In this document: piece after piece, positions 28,096 through 38,371 of the stretch
Layout of the letters: the number at the start of each line of letters is the position of its first letter
Position numbering within the stretch: position 1 is the stretch's first letter
NCBI GenBank assembly: GCA_020137815.1
Contig: CM035359.1
Span: 5,890,001-5,954,000 of the forward strand
Direction: 5' to 3'
Length of the DNA: 64,000 bases
Origin: Hormiphora californensis
Taxonomy: Eukaryota; Animalia; Ctenophora
Position numbers and translations under genes: made by a program
The notes under the pieces: generated by a model
Told to the model about the DNA's origin: nothing
Databases searched by the model: none
Seen by the model: the letters and a program-made list of their open reading frames with translations, nothing else

Positions 28096-28741
28096 CCTCC
28101 CTATCTATCTCAGAGCTCTATCTGTGTTTGGTAGCCCCAGCTCAGGTTGGGGCCAATGCTCTGACAGAATAGGTGTCAGATGCCTCCCTCAACTATATCT
28201 CTATCCGTGCAGGGTCACATTGATCAATGTCGGATTAGTAAACGTACTGCAGCTGACAGCACCCCTCAAGTATTATTATACATTATATGTTGATGGGAGA
28301 GAAATATTCATTTTTTGCAGAGGGACTATATATTAGGAGTTTTGATGGTTGACATTGTTTAGTGACGTTAAATCGTGCTGTTAGGTTTAACTCCGAGGTT
28401 AATGCAGTTAACGAGTTAAGCCCCTCTGTGTTCACTGTTCAGTGTTCACCGACCTCATTGTTTTGTTTGGTTTGGTCTGGTTTGGGCCGCTCATCTGGGA
28501 CTGTAAACAGTCACACAGCCAAGTCTCGCCGAACAGGCGAGACAGCATAGTGCCGGATCATCCTTTCGGAATCACCACCAGATCGTCTTCTGTCTGTCGT
28601 CGGTGAAAGAATATGAAATCATTGTTTTGTTATTCTGTAGTACATTATCAAGTACATTATCAAGACTGTAGTACATTGAACAACAGGCAGTATATATGTG
28701 TTACTGTAATAGATGCTGTAATAATACCCACCCAATCTAGC

Positions 28742-29098
28742 ATGATAAGATCAGTATTACAACGTGCAAAGTGTGGAAGGAGCTTCAGCTCCCGGATACT
28801 CAAAAAACCCGAAGAGTACGCCGTCATATGCGAGAGCGAGCAACCCACCATTGTCACATATGCCGCATCCTGGGCAGGCCCCTGTTCTGTTCTCCTCCCA
28901 AAATTGGAGAATCTCAGTGAGCGATCGGGAATCCCGTTAGTGATAGTTGATGTAGATAAACACACTCAATTGGCGACTGAACAGAATGTTAGAGAGCTTC
29001 CAACAACAACTGTAGTTCAGGGAACTAGAATATTGACTCGCTTCGCTGGTGTTAAGACTGAAGACAAATTGGACAAGATTTTTGAGAGTTTAACTTGA
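28742..29098 (+). CDS. Intronless thioredoxin-like protein with atypical WAGPC site and a mitochondrial-like leader (118 aa)
   Basis: YAASWAGPC, VDVD, VRELPTT (cis-Pro), FAG. Arg/Ser-rich N-terminus. Confidence 0.8.
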   Translation: MIRSVLQRAKCGRSFSSRILKKPEEYAVICESEQPTIVTYAASWAGPCSVLLPKLENLSERSGIPLVIVDVDKHTQLATEQNVRELPTTTVVQGTRILTRFAGVKTEDKLDKIFESLT

Positions 29099-29221
29099 GA
29101 ATCTAAGTGGCACAGGCGTTGTTTTGACTATGATTTTATTGATCAATTCCACATATTATATATCAGATTTCTTTGTCTTCACAATAAAATACTTTCTCCC
29201 TCACTCCCACCTAATTGTAGC

Positions 29222-31281
29222 ATGTCTCTTGCTCGTGCCCTCCTTCGACCCATCCTACGTTGCAGTGTACTCCGGTCCTATGGCACCATCTCAACTCTCA
29301 CTGCTGAAGAACAATTTGATGAGGTAAAGTCCTAGTCCTGGAGCGTATGAAGTAACATGCTCTGCATAAACTGATTGGTGGGTGGCCTTGCTACGGCGGA
29401 GTGGTGGACGTGCTGGGGCGCCTAATAAGCGTGTTCGGTGCGGCCTCTGCTACTTTCGGGCAGGTCATCCTCCAGACGCAGCAATCACAAACAAACAAAC
29501 AAACAAGTCCTAGATCCTTAGCTAATGGCTAATTTGTAAATTCAAAGTCCTAGATCCTTGATATTCCTTAGTTCAATGAGGTTAGGTTGGCTCATATATG
29601 ATCCCCATTAAATTGTGACGTGTTAGAACTTAGATTTTAACGCGTCGACGCTGTATCCGTACACCGTCCTCAACTCAATGAGGCCATTTACCTCGTGGCC
29701 CAATAGAAACTAAGGCCATGTCGGCCTTCATACCTCTCTCAGAACTTTAATCTCTCAGCTATTTTGACACAATGTTTGTAGTGATACTCATAGTAGAGTC
29801 GATAACTACATCGACCCCTCCCAATTGTTCCAGTTTTTGTCACATCTGTTTGGAGCCTCGACACGACCTCTAAACAGGTAATACTTTTTCACAAACTGTT
29901 TTCATCTTGGTGTAATCAGCAGTTGAAATGTTGCTGATCATAACAAAAACCTGACTAAATTTTTTCAACTTGGGGTAAAACCATGGGTGTCAAAAGTTAG
30001 CTCTAGGTCCCCTGAGTAACCATCCGGAGACTCCAAGAGATATTTCAAGCCGTTCTCCCGTAATCATTAATCCCGGTGGAGAAAAAAATACAATGCGGAC
30101 GTACGTGAGCGCTGGCAGGCTGTTTGCATGTTATTGTATGTCTCTCACTCTCTCTGGAAAAACCGCACGTGCGGTTGCGCCGCGCGAGATAACTCTTTCT
30201 CAAGGGGGAGAAAAGAGAGAGACGCACATTAACGTTATACATTAAAGTTGAGGTTGTAGGCAATTGCACGTACGTCCATACTCAAATATGTGCTCTACCG
30301 GGATTAATGATTACAGGAGAACGGCTTGAAATATCTCTTGGAGTCTCCGGATGGTTACTCAGGGGACCTAGAGCTAACTTTTGACACCCATGGTTTTACC
30401 CCAAGTTGAAAAAATTTAGTCAGGTTTTTGTTATGATCAGCAACATTTCAACTGCTGATTACACCAAGATGAAAACAGTTTGTGAAAAAGTAACACATGT
30501 TTAGAGGTCGTGTCGAGGCTCCAAACTGATGTGACAAAAACTGGAACAATTGGGAGAGGTCGATGTAGTTATCGACTCTACTATCACTCGATCGAGGATT
30601 CCGAAGTTTCAGCCATCAGAAAACTATTCATTTTCCGAATGAATTTTGAATAAATGCCAAAACTGGAATGTTTTTTTGTTATAATATAGTTATAAAGCTG
30701 GTATAAAATTAACGTACCATAAACTTAACGTTAATTTACCTCTTGACGTTCTTAGGTCGTGTTATGTTTCGGTAATGCCTCACACATAATCTTCTTTATA
30801 CAGGCATTCCAAGGATCCACTCCAACATTAGTAGACTTCTACGCTGACTGGTGTGGACCTTGTAAACAGCTTTCTCCAATTCTAAAAAGGGTAACAAAGC
30901 ATTTCTATGTGATCTCTCTGTCTTCCTTTGTTCTCACCCTATATTTCTATCTCCCTGTCTATTTCTCTATGTCTCCCTCTCTCTCTCTCTCTCTCCATCT
31001 GCTCCTCTCCATCTCTACTTCCTGTCTTTCTCTATATTTATCCTCCCCTCTATCAGAGTCTATATCCCCCTATCACCCCTCAGGTAGTGGAGGAGCACGC
31101 CAAGGAAGTGAACCTCTTATTGGTGAACGTGGATGAGTTTGGGGACATTGCCCACGAGTTTGACGTCATGTCAATCCCCTGTGTAAAGATGGTACAAGAT
31201 GGGAAGGTTGTGGGTGGGTTCGTGGGGAGTAAACCAGAGGATAAGTTGGTTGAGTTTCTCAATCAGAATCTTGGACAGTGA
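29222..31281 (+). CDS. TXN2: Mitochondrial-type thioredoxin; exons 29222-29323, 30804-30890, 31084-31281 (128 aa)
   Basis: Leader MSLARALLRPILR; VDFYADWCGPCKQL; VMSIP; FVG. Two phase-0 GT-AG introns. Confidence 0.85.
29336..29504 (+). mobile_element. Short 5'-truncated copy of the (CAAA)n-tailed LINE end
   Basis: Near-identical to 26036-26205, with 9-bp TSD AAGTCCTAG. Confidence 0.85.
29791..30583. mobile_element. ~790-bp MITE with ~290-bp TIRs in TXN2 intron 1
   Basis: TAGTAGAGTCGATAACTAC ... GTAGTTATCGACTCTACTA. Second copy in opposite orientation at 45593-46384. Confidence 0.9.
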
Positions 31282-31585
31282 GGAAATTAGTGTTTTATAA
31301 CACCATGCTTTGAAATAACTTATTAAACAATCAGCCAATGATATTGAGCGGGCTATTGAGCTTTTGTTGGAAGTTCTTTTTTATTTTGTGGAGGTTATTT
31401 TTTACATGTATCTTTCTAGCTCTTCATTGTTATGTCTTAGCCCTTGTTTTACAACATTTGAGAGAAGATCAAGGTCTTCACTTAATTTCATCTAAAAAAC
31501 CTAATCCATTCCTTCCCTGTTAGCCAGCAGTTATATGACGTAGAACTCGCAAGTCTCCACACTGTTTTAAATACCAGAATTCAGC

Positions 31586-34500
31586 ATGATACGGTCGTGC
31601 GGCAAGATCCTGAAATTCCTTACCGCCGGAGCTGCTCTCTTCCTCCTCATCACGTTCATTCTGCCCTATGACCCGGAAGAAATATACGGTAACCGGGAGC
31701 AGAATCACAATGTGATTGACCTCCAAAAGGAACCTGGGAAATTAGACAATACACAGGGGAAACTAGACAATGAATCAGAGGATGGGAGAAATAAACAGAA
31801 AATGTTTGTCATCTTGGTGACGGGTTTTAGAACGGGGTCCACCTTTCTTGGGGAGCTGTTCAACCAAAATGATGATGCTTTGTACCTTTTTGAACCGTTT
31901 CATCAGAATCATATCAAGAGTTTGGTGGAGAAACATGCCATTAGGGGTGAGTATTTTGTTTGTCTGTTAGTAGAGCATTGTCTTGTTGTTAGTAGTTGTA
32001 GAGCATTTTTCCCTGCCGCTTCAAAACTGGATTTCCTGATGAATTCTGTGCTCAAAGATAAGATAATTTTTGGCTGATGCGATGTTGGTTACTAAGGTGA
32101 CTAGGTAAGTTGCTATGGTAACCAAAGCAGTTGTTATGGTAACCAAAGCAGTTGATATGGTAACGAAGACAGTTGTTATGGTAACCAAGGCAGTTACTTA
32201 GGAGACCCCAGTTGGTTACCAAGTGCTTCAAATTTAACCCAATCTCAACTCGAGTCACTAGTGTTACAGTAGTTTCATGCTTGGAAGACGTTCTACCACT
32301 TCATAGCATGGCTGAAGGGAGCCCAAAGTGATTTCAGGTGATAGTGGGAAGTGCTATCAGCGAGTAATTGCGCGCCACAATGTGTGTTAATCATTTCCTT
32401 TGTTGAATCAACGAAGCGTGGGATGAAAGTTTTATGAAGGAGCAGCCTTGTTGTTAGGTGTTGTCCGTGACGGACGGACGGACAGACGGACACATTTAGT
32501 TAATTAGTAGAGGGGGGTTACATGTTACAAAATGTTTCAAAAATGTTACAAAATGTTACAAAGTGTTTGAAAATGCTGTACGTGTTACGTGTCCCTGTTG
32601 CATATGTAGCCTCCATATGCAGCCCCTATATGCAGCATCTTAGAGAAGAGAAAAGTTAAGCTAAGCACTATCAAGAAGAATTGTTGCATTATGTATTCAT
32701 AATGCGGTGTTTCCATACCCCAGATGGGTGTAAAATTGATGACTAAGCTTCAAAACTGGATTTTGCACTCAAAGAGCAATTTTTGGCGGATACGATGTTA
32801 GTTGCTATGGTATCCAGGGTGGTTGCTATGGTATTCAAAGCAGTTGCTATGGTAACCAAGGCAGTTGCTATGATAACCAAGACAGTTACTTAGGAGACCC
32901 TAGTTGGTTACCAAGTGCTTCAACTTTATATTACCCTCATCTTCACTCCAGTCACTTACAATTATTGTGTGATAGTAGTTTCATGCTTAGAAGACTTGCT
33001 ACCACGTCATGGTACGGCTGTAGGGTACCCAAAGTGATTTCAGGTGAAATTAGGAAGTGTTATGAGTGAGCAATTGCACACCACAATGCGTGTTAATCAT
33101 TTCCTTTGTTTCATCAACAAAGTGTGAGCTGAAAGTTTTATGAACTAGCGCACCCATTGGGTGCGCCTCAAGTAAGGGATTTTTGATAACCCACCCGGCT
33201 TCGCCGGGTGGTTCTTTTCGCCCCTTTCAACGTCAATAACACGGTTGCCATGGCAACTGAATTGGACCTATGGGGACTGACATTTTAAAAGTCATTCGAA
33301 ATATTAACAAACTTCCACTGGAAGTTCCAAAACTGGGAGTAACAGCTTTACAGCTTTGGGCACATTGAAGTGTTTTATGAAGGAGCAGTCTGTCGCGTAG
33401 ATACCGCTGAACGAACGACCATCACGACGTCGTTCATCTCCAAATTATAATAGAGATAGCAGACTTTGTTACTATGCGTAACGGTGGACGGACGGACGGA
33501 CATTTAGTTAACTCCACGATCTGCTGATTTCTAAGTTCCCTGAATGATCTTTTTAGCACGTGCGTGCTAAAAACATCATCCCGGGTGAATGCCCTACGGG
33601 CATTCACCCGGGCAGGGAAAAAATGTTACAAAATGTTACAAAGTGTTTCAAAATGCTGTACGTGTTACGTGTCCCTGTTGCATATGTAGCCTCCATATGC
33701 AGCCCCTATATGCCGCATCTTAGAGAAGAGAAAAGAATTAAGCTAAGCACTATCAAGAAGACTTCTTACACTCACTAGGTAGTTTAAATATACGTGCCTA
33801 TCCCCTCCAATTCAGTACTCACAACTACTACTAACTATGAGGTTTACTTGTCTTCTACTTATTGCCCTGTTCGGGCTATTTGCCCCTATCGTTGATGCTA
33901 AGCGCTGTTGCCGACTCCAGCGATTGGGATGCTGGAAGGATAAGCCCCAACGTGCTATCCCAACCTTGGAGGGGTCTCCGGGATCTCGCCGTTACTTGAA
34001 GGGCAGCTACAAATCAAGAGGGGACGCTATCCAACAATGTGCTAGAGTCGCTTCTAGAAAGAGTAAGTTATATCAGTTAATTAACTAACACTAATAAGAT
34101 TTGATCTACCATTTCCGACTGGTAGCTCGCTATCTGTCCTTTGCTGGCATAATAAACTCGCCCAGAGGCTGGGATGGAAAGTGGTACAATGGTATATATA
34201 TATTTCACATTTCACATTTCTGACACGATTTTTCCTAGTAGCTATTTATAGTATTTTAATAATATAAAATTGTAAATTGCCATTGTAAATACCATTGTGT
34301 ATATATTTTTAATAGTTTTTCCAAAAAAAGTAGCTACAGTCGGACCCCGATTTAACGGCCCCCGATTTAGCGGCACCCCGATTTAACGGCAGGATAAATT
34401 TCCCCCAAAAATTTTTTGAAATTTGTTTGAAATTTTTTTCGAGTCGCAATTTTGACGCTTGTTAAACTGGCCCCATGGGGATCACGTATCGGTTAGTTTC

Positions 34501-37246
34501 GAACCGTCTAATTAGCGACAGGACGTGCGATAAGATGCACTGATTCGAAACACGATTCGGACGTGGTTTATATACCTTTGAAAAATTTTCATAACTTTTT
34601 TTGCAAAATTCTAAAGAATGATTGTCAATGCTTTGATCGGTGCTCCCCATGAAAATATATTTTGAAATTCGAATTCTCCCTCACCCCGCTTAAAGTGCCA
34701 AGATTCGGCATGGTATCACGTATCGGTTCGTTTCGAACCGTCTAATTAGCAGCAAGACATGCGATAAGATGCACTGATTCGATAAACGATTCGGACGTGG
34801 TTGATATGTAGTATGTACCTTAGAAAATTTTTAAACTTTTTTTGAAATTGAAAAAAAATTATTTTCTTTTTCCAATCAGAAAATAGAAATGATCATGTAA
34901 TCAATACATGGACATTGAATTTAACACTTAGAGGTGTTTTAGTAGAGCATTTTGGACAAAAATAGGGTTTTATGGGCCAAATATGCTCTACCCCGATTTA
35001 ACGGACACCCCGATTTAACGGACAAAACCCTTTCCCCCGAGGGTGCCGTTAAATCGGGGTCCGACTGTATTTATAGTTTTGCTAACAAAAATTAACATTT
35101 AGGATTCAAAGTGATTGCCATCCAAGATGGAGGACAGTGTTTCAGTGGAAAACACGCTGAAAGGACCTACAAGAAGCATGGACGTGCTAACAACTGCAAG
35201 GGAGGAAAGGGAGGCAAATGGGCCAACAGTGTCTACAAAATCCGTGGCTGTCGTGGCTGTCGACGTCGTGGTTAAATTGATAATTTAGCAAGTTGTCTAA
35301 CAAAATGTGCTTTTATTGCGTTGAGATTGGTTTGCAAAAAGGCATAGCAGGGTTAGAATTCGAAAATGAGGGGCAACGGTGTAGCAACTAGAGCTACGCA
35401 CACACTAGGATTAAAGATAGAACAAACTTATAAATTATAATGTCATGTTGTACAACATCTCGCAAGATATATAGAAATAGGTTATACTAATAACGTGATT
35501 TATAAAAGGAATAGAGGTACTAGATTCATGTCTATTAGATCAGGATAGAATGGGAGAGACCCTCGGTAGCCTCGAACTTGAATGAGTACTGATCTAAGGA
35601 TGCAAAATGCTAATCTTAATCTAATATATCTAACTAATGGCATCAATGATGAAGTTCCTCTGTTCGGGTGTAAAATGCATTGCAAGTAACGATTGGGAAT
35701 GATTTTGATGAACATTTGAAGATTTAAATACCCCAGATCCCTTGGCTAGTGTAATGTGAGATGATAGGCTGATTAGTGACACAAGATGGCCCCTCCTTGA
35801 TGAAATGATCTCGTATCACGGGCCGCTTGAGAACTTTGACAAGAACTGGTGACATGAACCCAATCAATCAGCATCACAAAGTGACTTGAGAGCATTGTGG
35901 AGGGATATTCAAGGGATATGAGAGCAATAATCCGTTATTGAGACATGTTAACAGCACCCCAAACCCACTTTTCACCACGTGACCGGGCCTGGATCACATG
36001 TCAGGAGTGACGGTCGGAAAACCCTCCACTGTGTCTCTCCTGGTAATCAGATTATGCTCAAATTGGTCTCATTACAAAGATAATCGTTAGCCAAAGACGG
36101 GCAAAAAATTCTGAATGATGAGGGGGTCTCATATCGAAGGAACGGAGAAGTTCATTCCGTTCATGAAAATGAATTTTGAGCTAGAGCTCTGATTTTTCTG
36201 TCAGGATCAAGATAGACATAATGGAGCAACCCTGCCAAGTTACAGCTCTCCACCACATCGGCAACTATGGTGGTCTAGGGGGGGCCTTTTTTTTGCCGCA
36301 CACGGTATGTGTAGCAAGTCAGCTCTCTTGTCCCGTTTCAGGTTGCGAGGGGCAACATGTAGCAACTAGAGCCGCGCACACAACAACAACCTGCTCCTTC
36401 ATAAACCACTTCATTGACACGTTTTCAAGAATTGTGTGTCGTGCAATTCCGCAATGTGGCGCGCAATTTAGTGCTACTAAAACACAAGGATTTGTTCTAT
36501 ACTGTTTGCTTGATTTATAAATGATCCGAAATGTCTGTCCCGCCTTCGTGTTAGAAATGAAAGGTTGGCGGGTAAACATAGCATTATGAAACATAATGCA
36601 TTTATTCTTGTTATCTTCTTTTGTAGTGTTTTTTTTAAATGCATAATATATTGCATCATATATGATCCTCACTCACTTTGATTTATCAAATTCAACAGGC
36701 CCCTGTTCAACATGTACTAAGCTGAGTTAGGAACTGATCCAAGATCCGATCTCTCTCTCCTACCTCTCTAACCTTATTGACTATGTGTAGAAAGTTAGCC
36801 CGAAATGTGTGAGCACACACAGAGATATTGGTAGTAACATGTTGCGTGGTACCATGATTCACACGGTGCAAGTGAATCATGGAGTGTTCTGAAAACACAC
36901 AACACACGTACCATTCTCATGGTAATGCTCGTGGGAGCTGGTCTGTCAGAGCATATTGGCTGACCTATAATATATATAATTCTATATAATTCTCATTTCT
37001 TTCAAGCGAGAACGGCGGTCAGAGCATTGGCCTGACAGGGTCGGGCTGGACAAACCTGTCCCATAACAAGAGACATGTGTCTATATTTATATAGACACAT
37101 GTGTCTATGTAATAAATATCTGTAGTCTACTGAAGCAGTTCTTCCAACAGCAGCTGTCGGAAGAAGTGTTTCTGACATGTCCGATACACCTGCTTCTATG
37201 TAACACTGTGTCATACATTACTAAACGTAAACTCTTCTTCTTCTTT

Positions 37247-37298
<52 letters not shown>

Positions 37299-38307
37299 TC
37301 TCTCTGTCCTCTCTCCCTCCATCACTGTATCACTAACACTCTCCCAACAGGGGTGAGCAGTTCCAATACTTTGCTGGAGCAACGGACCGCCTACCTAGAT
37401 CAGATAATAAACAGATGCAATGTTGGCTGGCCAATGTTCCAACAAATGAGTCGCGGTAAGATTTACACAGGGTTACACAGTGGTAACACAGGGTTACACA
37501 GTGGTAACTCAGGGTTACACAGTGGTTACAAAGGGTTACCAATGGTTCTCTCCCCAGCTATGAGGTGTGGGACTTCCGATGAAAATATGGACAGGTGGGG
37601 TAGTGTGAACTGTGATGCGACACGGTGGAATAGCGCCTGTGATAATCGAGATATCGTGGCTTTAAAGGTAGGGGCTAATTAGTAATTAGTTAATTAAAGG
37701 TAGGGGCTAATTACTAATTAATTAATGGTAGGATATCCTATTTTTTATCTCTCTTTCTAATTACCAAGTAAAACAAGGAAGGTTTAGTTCAACAGTAGTC
37801 AGTAAAACTTCCTTGTTTTACTTGCTAATAGCTCCTCGCAACCGTGAGTAGAGCACTCTCCGGGACAAGGACCATCAACAATTCTTTCTAATTAGTTGCT
37901 GGTAGTACTGCTCAAAACTTTGTGATAAAGATTCAATCACTACTGTTGTCATATACAATGTAACCCCAATTATATCACAGCTGATACGACTGCAAAGAAT
38001 ATCCCACCTGAAACTGGTACCAGGTATTGAGAAGTCTAACATCAGGGTAATTCATCTGATCAGGGATCCCCGGGGAACAATGAACAGTCGTCTATCTTTT
38101 GGGCAGTTTTATTTTGATGTAAGTGTGAGATCTGAGGCTGGTGATTATGGACGAGCGGGTTTCACACATAACATTCAAACTAACTTCCACTGCCCAACAC
38201 CCTTGATACCACATTCCTTTGTTTTGATCAAACACTTTTTAAGATCAAGCAAGGCAAGCATTTAATTAGTTTGGAGGAGGCACAGCTCCTTCTCTCTCTC
38301 TCTCTCA

Positions 38308-38371
<64 letters not shown>

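Noticed and set aside
30045-30269. Repeated [14 protein letters not shown] (also 45907-46185)
   Set aside because: Lies inside a MITE, has different ends in the two copies, and shows no transposase motifs.
32030-32070. CTGATGA motifs at about 32037 and 49656 as hammerheads
   Set aside because: No stem II followed by GAAA.
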